In this document: in pieces, positions 5,381-12,890 of the stretch | Layout: each line of letters starts with the position of its first letter | Position numbering within the stretch: the stretch's first letter is position 1 | DNA from: a virus | Length of the DNA: 13,139 nucleotides | Virus record (IMG/VR): IMGVR_UViG_3300045988_098052 | Strand: one strand, 5' to 3' | Position numbers and translations under genes: made by a program | The notes under the pieces: generated by a model | Databases searched by the model: none | What the model saw: only the letters and a program-made list of their open reading frames with translations | What the model was told of the DNA's origin: nothing

Positions 5381-5746
5381 ATGAAAGTAGAGGAAATTTT
5401 GGAACTCGGAAAACTTGGATTCTCAAAAAATGAGATTATGGGAATTATGAATGCACAGAATATGTCCGGACTTGGACAGGTCACAACTCCGGGACAGTAT
5501 GCAACTCCGGGACAGTATGCAACTCCGGGACAGGTTACACCGGGACAGGTCACAATTCCGGGACAGGTTACACCGGGACAGGCCACAACTCCGGGACAGG
5601 ATGCAACAAATGCAGCTCTTCTGACAGCAATCAATACATTGACTGCTACGTTACAGGCTGGTAACCTTTCTGCATCCGGAAAAGCTGGATCAGCACCACG
5701 AACATCTGAGAACGTGGCAGAGGATCTCATGAAAATTATGAATTAA
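5381..5746 (+). CDS. Candidate scaffolding protein, 121 aa, with an internal (T)PGQ repeat array.
   Basis: GGAG serves as RBS. The gene lies directly upstream of the capsid gene, as phi29 gp7 does, and is of similar small size with helical N- and C-terminal segments. The call rests on position. Confidence 0.45.
   Translation: MKVEEILELGKLGFSKNEIMGIMNAQNMSGLGQVTTPGQYATPGQYATPGQVTPGQVTIPGQVTPGQATTPGQDATNAALLTAINTLTATLQAGNLSASGKAGSAPRTSENVAEDLMKIMN
5468..5606 (+). repeat. Imperfect tandem DNA repeats of CCGGGACAG plus 6-9 variable nt, 7 copies plus one degenerate copy, encoding GQ/PGQ repeats.
   Basis: Direct reading gives the protein stretch GLGQVTTPGQYATPGQYATPGQVTPGQVTIPGQVTPGQATTPGQDA. Two units are an identical 18-mer, ACTCCGGGACAGTATGCA. 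Confidence 0.9.
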
Positions 5747-5761
5747 GGAGGTAGAAAAATA

Positions 5762-6958
5762 ATGGCAAACACTTTAGTGGTTCAGGATGCCTATTTGATT
5801 ATCAATGACTTATACAAGATGGCCACCGGTCGGGAGAACATTAAGGCAGTTGATACAAGCTCCTTTGTAGCTGTTGGTGAAACCATGCTACGTACAGGTG
5901 TAGAACCAACGTTAAAAGCCCTCAGCCAGTGGTGTGGTCGTACCTATTTTGAAATGGAAAAATACAGATCAGGAGTATTCCGCTCCATCATTGAGGATAA
6001 TGAGAGATGGGGTGCTATCACACGTGAGATTATTTCTCTGCCATTGGATGCAGAAGCATCACAGGATTGGAATACAGACTTGAATGAAAACCAGCTTGCT
6101 GATGGACAGTCTGTGGATATGTACAAGATTAATAAGCCAAAAGTGGTTGAGTTAAAATTCTACGGAAGCAAGGTACTTCAGTCACATATCACACGATTCC
6201 GGGATCAGCTGGCACTTGCTTTTTCCAACGAAGCAGAGTTTCTTATGTTTGTAACCTCATACATGACAGCTTATTATAATGACATCGAGAGCCGAAACGA
6301 AGCAAAGCGCAGAATGACGGTGCTTAACTTTATGGCGGGGGTTTCTTCCCTTGGCACAAATGAGGTTGATCTTGTAAATGAATACAATACAGCATATGGT
6401 ACAGAGCTTACAAGAAAACAGCTTTTAAGCCCGGAACATCACAGAGATTTCATGGCTTTTGTTGTTGCAAGAATCAAGAAAGACTCAAAAAAAATGCAGG
6501 ACAGAACAGCAAAGTATCATATGAATCTTACCGGAAAAGATATCTTACGTTTCACAAGACCGGAGAACCAGAAGTTGCTTATGTACACAGATTTCTGGAT
6601 TGACAGCGAAACACAGGTATTCCCGACAGTATTTAATGATGAGCAGCTTAGAATTGCTGATAAAGAACTGGTAAATGGCTGGCAGGAGTTCGACAGCCCA
6701 GCTATTAACATCACTCCAAACATTATTGATGTAAACGGTGTCTCAAAGAAAGCAGAGTCAGCTGTAAATATTCCTTATGTTCTCGGTCTTTTATATGATC
6801 GTAGAGCAATGGGTGTGAATAATCAGTGGATGTATTCTGCATCAACACCGTTTAACGCAGCAGGAGGCTACTACAATATCTATGATCATTACCGCTTCAA
6901 TGCTTGGAACAACTTCACACACAATGCAATTCTTTACGTGCTTGGGGAGGGAGTATAA
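5762..6958 (+). CDS. Major capsid protein, 398 aa.
   Basis: It is the largest ORF in the head module and follows the scaffold-like gene with a strong GGAGG RBS. Its size is typical of capsid proteins of small phi29-related podoviruses. I cannot verify a diagnostic motif by eye. Confidence 0.7.
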   Translation: MANTLVVQDAYLIINDLYKMATGRENIKAVDTSSFVAVGETMLRTGVEPTLKALSQWCGRTYFEMEKYRSGVFRSIIEDNERWGAITREIISLPLDAEASQDWNTDLNENQLADGQSVDMYKINKPKVVELKFYGSKVLQSHITRFRDQLALAFSNEAEFLMFVTSYMTAYYNDIESRNEAKRRMTVLNFMAGVSSLGTNEVDLVNEYNTAYGTELTRKQLLSPEHHRDFMAFVVARIKKDSKKMQDRTAKYHMNLTGKDILRFTRPENQKLLMYTDFWIDSETQVFPTVFNDEQLRIADKELVNGWQEFDSPAINITPNIIDVNGVSKKAESAVNIPYVLGLLYDRRAMGVNNQWMYSASTPFNAAGGYYNIYDHYRFNAWNNFTHNAILYVLGEGV

Positions 6959-7281
6959 TGATAATCGTTCTTGATGAACAATACAGAGAAACACCAGTTC
7001 AAATGAGTTCAATCCATATCGGGGTGAAAAAAATGATAATCAGTCCTAATGTTGTAAACAATGAACGATGTATAATTATGGCTGACAATAAAGGTTTTAT
7101 TTCAAAACCAATTTTTATTGGAACAGAACAAAATAATGGAATCTATACAACCATTGAGTTTCCAGAACAACCATATGGATATCCTGACCTATCAACCATG
7201 TTTTGGACAGGATTCGGGTTGGTTTTAGTTGAAACAGACACAAATTATGTTTCCGCTGATGATTATTTTAGATTGAGGTAA
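6958..7281 (+). CDS. Hypothetical protein, 107 aa, possibly a minor head or decoration protein.
   Basis: The start gives a TAATG overlap with the capsid stop and is preceded by GGGGAGGGAG. An alternative start is ATG 7033. The ORF-track start at 6904 would overlap the capsid gene. Confidence 0.5.
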   Translation: MIIVLDEQYRETPVQMSSIHIGVKKMIISPNVVNNERCIIMADNKGFISKPIFIGTEQNNGIYTTIEFPEQPYGYPDLSTMFWTGFGLVLVETDTNYVSADDYFRLR

Positions 7282-7285
7282 TTTT

Positions 7286-7510
7286 ATGATGGATACATTT
7301 TTAACTATTCTTGGAAACTATGCGTTTCCTATCGTATGCTGTTGTGCCATGGCCTATTTTGTTAAATACATGTACGATCAGACCAATCAGAGAGTTGATA
7401 AGCTCAATGAGGAACACAAAAACGAGGTTGACAACTTATCAAATGTGATTAAAAATAACACGGTTGCCATTGAAAAAATGAATTCCTTAATTGAACACTT
7501 AGGAAAGTAG
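7286..7510 (+). CDS. Holin-like protein, 74 aa, with a YvrJ-like N-terminal transmembrane segment and a charged coiled-coil tail.
   Basis: LTILGNYAFPIVCCCAMAYFV resembles the GNxGFPI motif of YvrJ-family small membrane proteins. The gene lies immediately upstream of the lysin gene. Confidence 0.6.
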   Translation: MMDTFLTILGNYAFPIVCCCAMAYFVKYMYDQTNQRVDKLNEEHKNEVDNLSNVIKNNTVAIEKMNSLIEHLGK

Positions 7511-7519
7511 GTGCAAAAC

Positions 7520-8170
7520 ATGACAGCTAACAAACTTGTCGAAAATGCAAAGGAATTAATTGGAGTGAGATATGTGTGGGGTGGTTCAAACCCCACACAG
7601 GGACTTGATTGCTCCGGATTGCTTTATTGGATCCAGAAGATGGCAGGATCAGAAGTTGGTAGACTGACTGCTTCCGGTTATTCAAAACTTGGAACAAGGA
7701 TTCCAATTGGGCAGCAGAAAGTAGGTGACTTCCTATTTTTTGGAACTCCGGTTACTCATTGTGCCATTTACGTTGGCAATGGTTATATGATCGAGAGCAG
7801 GGGTGGCAGAAAAAACACTGCTTACAATCCTGGTATTGGAGTAGTAAAAAGCCTTGTAACTCATAGGTCTGACTTATCCTGCATCCGCAGGGTATGGGAT
7901 AAGGTAGGATCCTATTATGAAATAGGTCATATTTATAATACTATGGTTGATCACTTACATGTACGATATAGTGTAGGGGGTCAGATCAAAGAGTATGCAC
8001 AGCTGACAAGGGATGGTATGAAACATGCTTATTCAGATGGTTGTTTGAAAAAAGGAACCACAGTCACGGTAAAAGATATAAAAAAGGATGATGCCGGAGC
8101 AACGTGGGTTAGGATTCCATCCGGATGGATCTGTGCAATCACAGCAAAAGGTGAGGTATATGTAAAATGA
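7520..8170 (+). CDS. NlpC/P60 cysteine endopeptidase with a C-terminal SH3b-like wall-binding domain. It is probably the endolysin and possibly also virion-associated.
   Basis: The N-terminal domain carries YVWGG...GLDCSGL (catalytic Cys)...GDFLFF...THCAIYVG (catalytic His). The C-terminal part, TTVTVKDIKKDDAGATWVRIPSGWI, looks SH3b-like. The start is either ATG 7520 or GTG 7511. Confidence 0.85.
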   Translation: MTANKLVENAKELIGVRYVWGGSNPTQGLDCSGLLYWIQKMAGSEVGRLTASGYSKLGTRIPIGQQKVGDFLFFGTPVTHCAIYVGNGYMIESRGGRKNTAYNPGIGVVKSLVTHRSDLSCIRRVWDKVGSYYEIGHIYNTMVDHLHVRYSVGGQIKEYAQLTRDGMKHAYSDGCLKKGTTVTVKDIKKDDAGATWVRIPSGWICAITAKGEVYVK

Positions 8171-9510
8171 CAGAGATTATTTTATTTCATTTTTCTAAAC
8201 GAAAAAACAGTACCAAAAGACCAGCAGGGCAGGGGACTTCTGTCTCCTGCCTTTTAAAAGCTAATACCACTTTTCAGAATCCAGTGTTTAAATTAAAATT
8301 GTCACTGGATAGTGCATTGCAATACAACTACTTACAATGGGCTGATCATTATTATTTCATTAATTCAACTACATCTATCAGTAACGACATGGTTGAGATA
8401 TCAGCAAGTGAGGATGTTTTGGCTACTTACCGGACAGAGATTGGCAACTATACATGTTTTATTGAGCGATCCAACAAGCAAAATACGCTTGCCAATGATA
8501 GAATGTACATCCCTACAAATGACTGGATAAGCCAGAGTGCAATAATAGCACAGCCAATAGATACCTTTGTGAATGGGTATGCACCAAACTATTTATTGCG
8601 TACTGTTTCGGTTGAGGGTGTAAACACCTACTATATGACAGGGGAGCAGATGAAAGAGCTATTTTCATTTATGTACACCTATGGCTCTATTCCGGATGTA
8701 GTTAATTCAGCACTTACAAAATTGCTTTTTAATCCGTTCCAGTATATTCTTGACTTAAAGTGGCTACCTATTAGAGTTGACAAATTTTTTAATGCATTTG
8801 ATACTGTAAAGCTAGGCTACTGGGATAGCCATGCAAGTGCCTTTTTAATAGGTGATGGATCCTGTTCTTTTTCCTACGATTTAAGCCTTGATAATCCCTT
8901 ATATGCTGATACAGATTTCAGATTTTACAATGCTGCTTTTTCAAAATATAGCGTAAAACTTCCATTTTTGGGGGTAATTCCTATCAATCCAGCAAAGACC
9001 CATAAAGGTCAGTTAGAAGCAAATTATAATTTTGACGCTGTTTCTGGAATGGCTGACATTTGGCTTACTTCCGGAACAGAGGAATATGCGCATTTCCAAT
9101 GTCAGCTTGCTGTTCCTATACAAATTGGATATGCTAGCAGTAACATTGGTCAGCTTACTACCAGCTTGATAGACATTGGTACAAGCCTTGCTTCCAATAA
9201 TCCGATAGGGGCTATAAAAAATACGGTAGGTGCTTTTCAGAGTGTGACATCTCCGGAGCCCAACATGGTAGGCACTGTTGGGAATATAACATCAATTCTT
9301 ACTAATATGGATGCAAACAGTATCTGCTATGCCTGCAAAAGCATAAATCCAGATGGATCAAGCGAAGGTTATGCAGATGGGAATGTTCGAAGTATTTCTT
9401 CATTGAGTGGCTTTGTAAAATGTAGGAATGCCTCTATCCAGGTTGCAGGTTTTGAGGGAGATCAAGATCAAGTGAATGATTATTTAAACAATGGTTTTTA
9501 TTTTGAATAA
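8167..9510 (+). CDS. phi29 gp9-like tail knob (distal tail tube) protein, 447 aa.
   Basis: The N-terminal stretch NYLQWADHYYFINSTTSISNDMVEISASEDVLATY resembles gp9 [41 protein letters not shown]. The C-terminal FVKCRNASIQVAGFEGDQDQVNDYLNNGFYFE resembles gp9 [32 protein letters not shown]. The start gives an ATGA overlap with the lysin stop. Confidence 0.6.
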   Translation: MTEIILFHFSKRKNSTKRPAGQGTSVSCLLKANTTFQNPVFKLKLSLDSALQYNYLQWADHYYFINSTTSISNDMVEISASEDVLATYRTEIGNYTCFIERSNKQNTLANDRMYIPTNDWISQSAIIAQPIDTFVNGYAPNYLLRTVSVEGVNTYYMTGEQMKELFSFMYTYGSIPDVVNSALTKLLFNPFQYILDLKWLPIRVDKFFNAFDTVKLGYWDSHASAFLIGDGSCSFSYDLSLDNPLYADTDFRFYNAAFSKYSVKLPFLGVIPINPAKTHKGQLEANYNFDAVSGMADIWLTSGTEEYAHFQCQLAVPIQIGYASSNIGQLTTSLIDIGTSLASNNPIGAIKNTVGAFQSVTSPEPNMVGTVGNITSILTNMDANSICYACKSINPDGSSEGYADGNVRSISSLSGFVKCRNASIQVAGFEGDQDQVNDYLNNGFYFE

Positions 9511-9525
9511 AGGAGTGATGAAAAC

Positions 9526-10446
9526 ATGTGGGTACCTATGAATTTTGATAAAATCAACATATGCACAAATTACTTTCAACCATCTGGAATTAAGGCTGAC
9601 AGCTTATATACAGACACCTTTGACCGGATGCTTTATGAACGTGTGTGTTCTATCCTTGATATAAAATACAATGCGAACATTGACATTGACTATTTCAAAT
9701 ATTGCTTACTTTTCGGTGGCTATATCTGCATCACAAAGACAGATCTTTATGGTCTTATTGCACAATACCCAATGTTGACAGGCTATAACATTTATTTTAA
9801 GCCTACGACAGCTACTATACACACGTATGCAAGCAATGCTACGATTGACATTGAGGATATGGAGATCGGAAAAGACTGTTCTGTCATATATCTCAGACCT
9901 ACTTTTTGCGGAATCGGAGATATTATTGGATTCTATAGTTATAAATTGGCACTTGTAGCATCAGCTTTTGACATGAACGTGTTTAACTCCAAACTTGCGT
10001 TTTTGATAGCAGCAAAAAACAAGTCATCAGCTCAGACATTGAAAAAAATCTATGACAGCATCCAGGCAGGTAATCCAGTTGAGGCTTTTGACGTGTCGTT
10101 AAAAACGGAGGACAGACAGGGAAGCAAACAAGATTCCTTTGAAACATTCAACAAAGATTTAAAGCAGAACTTTATAGCACAGGAGCTGATTGAAGTATTT
10201 GAGAAGCTTCTTGATCAGTTTGACACGGAAGTCGGCATTCCGTCCGTAGGATCTGATAAAAAAGAACGACTGAATGTGCTTGAGACAAGCAAAAATGATG
10301 CAGAATCTGTGACACGATTAACAACTTGGCTTGAAACAATGAAGGCAGGAATTGACATGACAAATAAGTTATATCCGGAGATGAATCTGTCAATCAAGAT
10401 CAGAAGTTATGAGACCGCGGAGGTAAAAAGTTATGGGACTATATAG
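9526..10446 (+). CDS. Portal protein (upper collar, connector), 306 aa, phi29 gp10-like.
   Basis: The size matches gp10 at 309 aa. DKKERLNVLETSKNDAESVT resembles gp10 [20 protein letters not shown]. The gene lies between the tail knob and lower-collar genes. AAGGAG serves as RBS. Confidence 0.75.
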   Translation: MWVPMNFDKINICTNYFQPSGIKADSLYTDTFDRMLYERVCSILDIKYNANIDIDYFKYCLLFGGYICITKTDLYGLIAQYPMLTGYNIYFKPTTATIHTYASNATIDIEDMEIGKDCSVIYLRPTFCGIGDIIGFYSYKLALVASAFDMNVFNSKLAFLIAAKNKSSAQTLKKIYDSIQAGNPVEAFDVSLKTEDRQGSKQDSFETFNKDLKQNFIAQELIEVFEKLLDQFDTEVGIPSVGSDKKERLNVLETSKNDAESVTRLTTWLETMKAGIDMTNKLYPEMNLSIKIRSYETAEVKSYGTI

Positions 10447-11122
10447 AGTAACGATAGCAGGACTTTACGAATGGAACAATACTCTGTTTGACAAGATGGA
10501 ATTCCCAGAAACAGCAGACAAGCAGAATTTTATTGATAGCTTGCTTCTGTCCTATGGAGATTGTGAGCCACTCTATCCGGACTGGGATTTCATGTATAAC
10601 AGTGCTATTCCTGCTTGGAGCAGGAAGTGGAAAACTAGCATTGACAAGGTTTATAATGTGTTAGAATTGACTAATTATGAACCGATTGAAAACTATGATC
10701 GTCATGAAGAATGGACAGATAGCCCGGATATGACACGAACAAGTCAGAGTTCCGGCCAGGATGTAAACAGGGCAGAAGCAGGACAGGGAACCACTACGAC
10801 CAACTCTGGCTCTGATACATCTACCAATGAAGTCAGTGCTTTTAATGATGCAAACTACAGCCCAAACGAAAAAACAACAACAAATTACGGAGGCAGTACA
10901 AAAGTACAAAGTTCTGGTGAAAATAAAAATACATTTGTGTACGGAAAGGGTGAGACAAGCCGAGAGACAGGTCAGAATAAGCATATCGGGCGTATTCATG
11001 GTAATATTGGAGTAACTACTTCACAGCGGATGATCCAGTCAGAGCTTGATTTAAGAAAACAAAGCTTCATTGACTATTGCACAGGGCTTTTTGCACAGGA
11101 TCTGCTTTTATTAATTTATTAA
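10433..11122 (+). CDS. Candidate lower collar or head-tail adaptor protein, 229 aa.
   Basis: It lies immediately downstream of the connector gene and overlaps it, as phi29 gp11 does. A long central S/T/G/N-rich stretch is compatible with the extended beta-hairpins of a tail tube. The call rests on position and composition. Confidence 0.5.
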   Translation: MGLYRVTIAGLYEWNNTLFDKMEFPETADKQNFIDSLLLSYGDCEPLYPDWDFMYNSAIPAWSRKWKTSIDKVYNVLELTNYEPIENYDRHEEWTDSPDMTRTSQSSGQDVNRAEAGQGTTTTNSGSDTSTNEVSAFNDANYSPNEKTTTNYGGSTKVQSSGENKNTFVYGKGETSRETGQNKHIGRIHGNIGVTTSQRMIQSELDLRKQSFIDYCTGLFAQDLLLLIY

Positions 11123-11134
11123 GGAGGAATTATT

Positions 11135-12391
11135 ATGATAAATAGATATCCACATGCTTCCATGCAAGATATGAATCTGGACTGGTTGCTGAAAGTTGGA
11201 AAACAGGCAGACAAAGATCATGAGGAATGGACGCATATCAAAGATACTGCTCAGACCATGATTGATGATGCCATCCAGAAATCTCTTGATGATGGAGAGA
11301 TTGGAAAAGTAGTAAATGAAGCTACTACCAAAGTAATTACTGAACAGATTGACCCATTAAAAGAACAGGTTGGAACAGATACAGCTGAGATCACAAAATT
11401 ACAGAAAAGAGAAGGACTTTTTGATCACTCCGGTAAAACCATCATAATCGGTGACAGCTACACCGTTGGTTATACACCGGACGGCAATGTAACTCCATGG
11501 ACAACTAACTTTATCAAGTACACAGGGCTTGAAGATGTAACTATTTCCGCAAATGGTGGGGCATCTTTCTCAACAGCTAGTAATTCATTTCTTATGCTGC
11601 TAAATGCTGTTCCGGCTTCTGCGGATGTCAAACAGATCCTTGTAGTAGGTGGATTTAATGAGTTTGGAAGCTATTCAGAAATTGAAAATTCAATCAACGC
11701 TTTTATGGGAGCAGCAGAAGCAAGATTTCCGAATGCCAAAGTGTTTTCCGCCATGGTAGCATGGTCAGTTGATAGGACGGATGACCCAAATGTGCAGAAT
11801 AGGCTTAAGATCGCAAAGAGTGTGTATAATACTCAACGGAAGAATTGGCGGTATCTGACAGGAAGCGATTATATTCTTCATGCAGATGGTTTCCTTGCAT
11901 CAGATGGATTTCATCCGAACACAACAGGGCAGGAACGGCTTGCAACCTATCTTGCTACAGCTGTAGAAACAGGATCGTGTAGTCCATCATTTTATGATGT
12001 TAATGCAAATTTTGAAGCAGGTGACTTTTCACCAGCACCAGGATCAAGTTGGACGTTTGTTAGCTCCTACAATGAGAATACAAGCACTCTGATCTGGGGT
12101 AACTATGTTTGCCTACCAAACAGCGGAACACTTGTCTGTGATGGCACGGAATACCGTTTGGGGCGGATTTTCTCAACGTCTTTTATCGGAGATCACAACG
12201 GATATACATGCTATCCAACTACTGTGATTATTAAGTCCGGAAGTGACTTTTATCACATCCCTGCACAGCTTAACTTCAGAGGACGGCATATCTATTTGAG
12301 CCTGTATGATATTTCAGACGATAAGCATAATTACCGGACTTTGACAGAAGTAACACAGGTACAGATTCATAGAGGTTCAATCACAATGTAA
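11135..12391 (+). CDS. Tail fibre or appendage protein with a central SGNH/GDSL hydrolase domain, 418 aa.
   Basis: The SGNH blocks are I IIIGDSYT (GDS at nt 11450-11458), II SANGGAS, III VVGGFNEF and V SDGFHPN (nt 11903-11920). A coiled-coil-like N-terminal 95 aa and a C-terminal 130 aa flank the domain. It is the last gene of the structural operon. Confidence 0.75.
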   Translation: MINRYPHASMQDMNLDWLLKVGKQADKDHEEWTHIKDTAQTMIDDAIQKSLDDGEIGKVVNEATTKVITEQIDPLKEQVGTDTAEITKLQKREGLFDHSGKTIIIGDSYTVGYTPDGNVTPWTTNFIKYTGLEDVTISANGGASFSTASNSFLMLLNAVPASADVKQILVVGGFNEFGSYSEIENSINAFMGAAEARFPNAKVFSAMVAWSVDRTDDPNVQNRLKIAKSVYNTQRKNWRYLTGSDYILHADGFLASDGFHPNTTGQERLATYLATAVETGSCSPSFYDVNANFEAGDFSPAPGSSWTFVSSYNENTSTLIWGNYVCLPNSGTLVCDGTEYRLGRIFSTSFIGDHNGYTCYPTTVIIKSGSDFYHIPAQLNFRGRHIYLSLYDISDDKHNYRTLTEVTQVQIHRGSITM

Positions 12392-12689
12392 TGAAAGATA
12401 GCCCAGCGTATGCTGGGCTATTGTTTTTTATGCATCTATTAAAAGCTTTCTGAGTAGCTTGACTACTGACCAGTTTGTTTTTTCTACAAAAAATGTTATC
12501 ATAAAAATAGACTTTCCAGTATTTAGATTTAGAGAGCTTAATTCCAACTCTATCATCAAAATTAAGATAAGATGCAAACAAGATATTAAGGTCATCATCA
12601 TATTCACATCTTAACCCTTGATTTTCAAGGTCACATGCAAGCTGACTAAATGTCATGACATTCTTAACATAACACACATTGTATTTCAT
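12381..12689 (-). CDS. Hypothetical right-end early protein, 102 aa.
   Basis: GGAGGG serves as RBS, directly after the stop of the ITR gene copy. It is the second gene of the right-end operon. Its 3' end runs through the terminator hairpin and overlaps the tail-fibre gene by 11 nt. I recognise no motif. Confidence 0.55.
   Translation of the reverse strand: MKYNVCYVKNVMTFSQLACDLENQGLRCEYDDDLNILFASYLNFDDRVGIKLSKSKYWKVYFYDNIFCRKNKLVSSQATQKAFNRCIKNNSPAYAGLSFITL
12398..12429 (+). terminator. Intrinsic terminator of the long + strand operon, possibly bidirectional.
   Basis: A perfect 10-bp stem pairs ATAGCCCAGC with GCTGGGCTAT around the loop GTAT. TGTTTTTT follows, 7 nt after the tail-fibre stop. 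An A-rich tract lies upstream on the other side. Confidence 0.85.
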
Positions 12690-12701
12690 GTTCTCACCCT
12701 C

Positions 12702-12890
12702 CTACAGTTCAATACCGAAGATATCATTAAGACACCATTTTTCAAAATCTGGATCAGCATTGCAATATTCTGTAAGAAACTCTTCTGGTGTACATGATGC
12801 TAATTCAATATGAATATCTTCTCTGATCTCATCATTCATATAGCTTGCGACTTCATCCATGATTTCCATTGTTACTTCATTTGCTTTCAT
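12702..12890 (-). CDS. ITR-encoded 62-aa strongly acidic early protein, right copy.
   Basis: The protein is identical to that of 250-438. The nucleotides are identical except in the last sense codon, CTG here against TTA on the left. Confidence 0.8.
   Translation of the reverse strand: MKANEVTMEIMDEVASYMNDEIREDIHIELASCTPEEFLTEYCNADPDFEKWCLNDIFGIEL

Noticed and set aside
5353-5730. A 125-aa minus-strand ORF rich in CPGV repeats.
   Set aside because: It is the antisense reading of the PGQ tandem repeat and has no RBS. It is fully overlapped by a plus-strand gene that has a strong RBS and fits the operon. It is a repeat-generated shadow ORF.
12649-12662. The perfect 14-bp palindrome AATGTCATGACATT in the right-arm ORF.
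   Set aside because: About one 14-bp perfect palindrome is expected by chance in 13 kb. It lies inside coding sequence with no promoter context and has no counterpart elsewhere in the genome.
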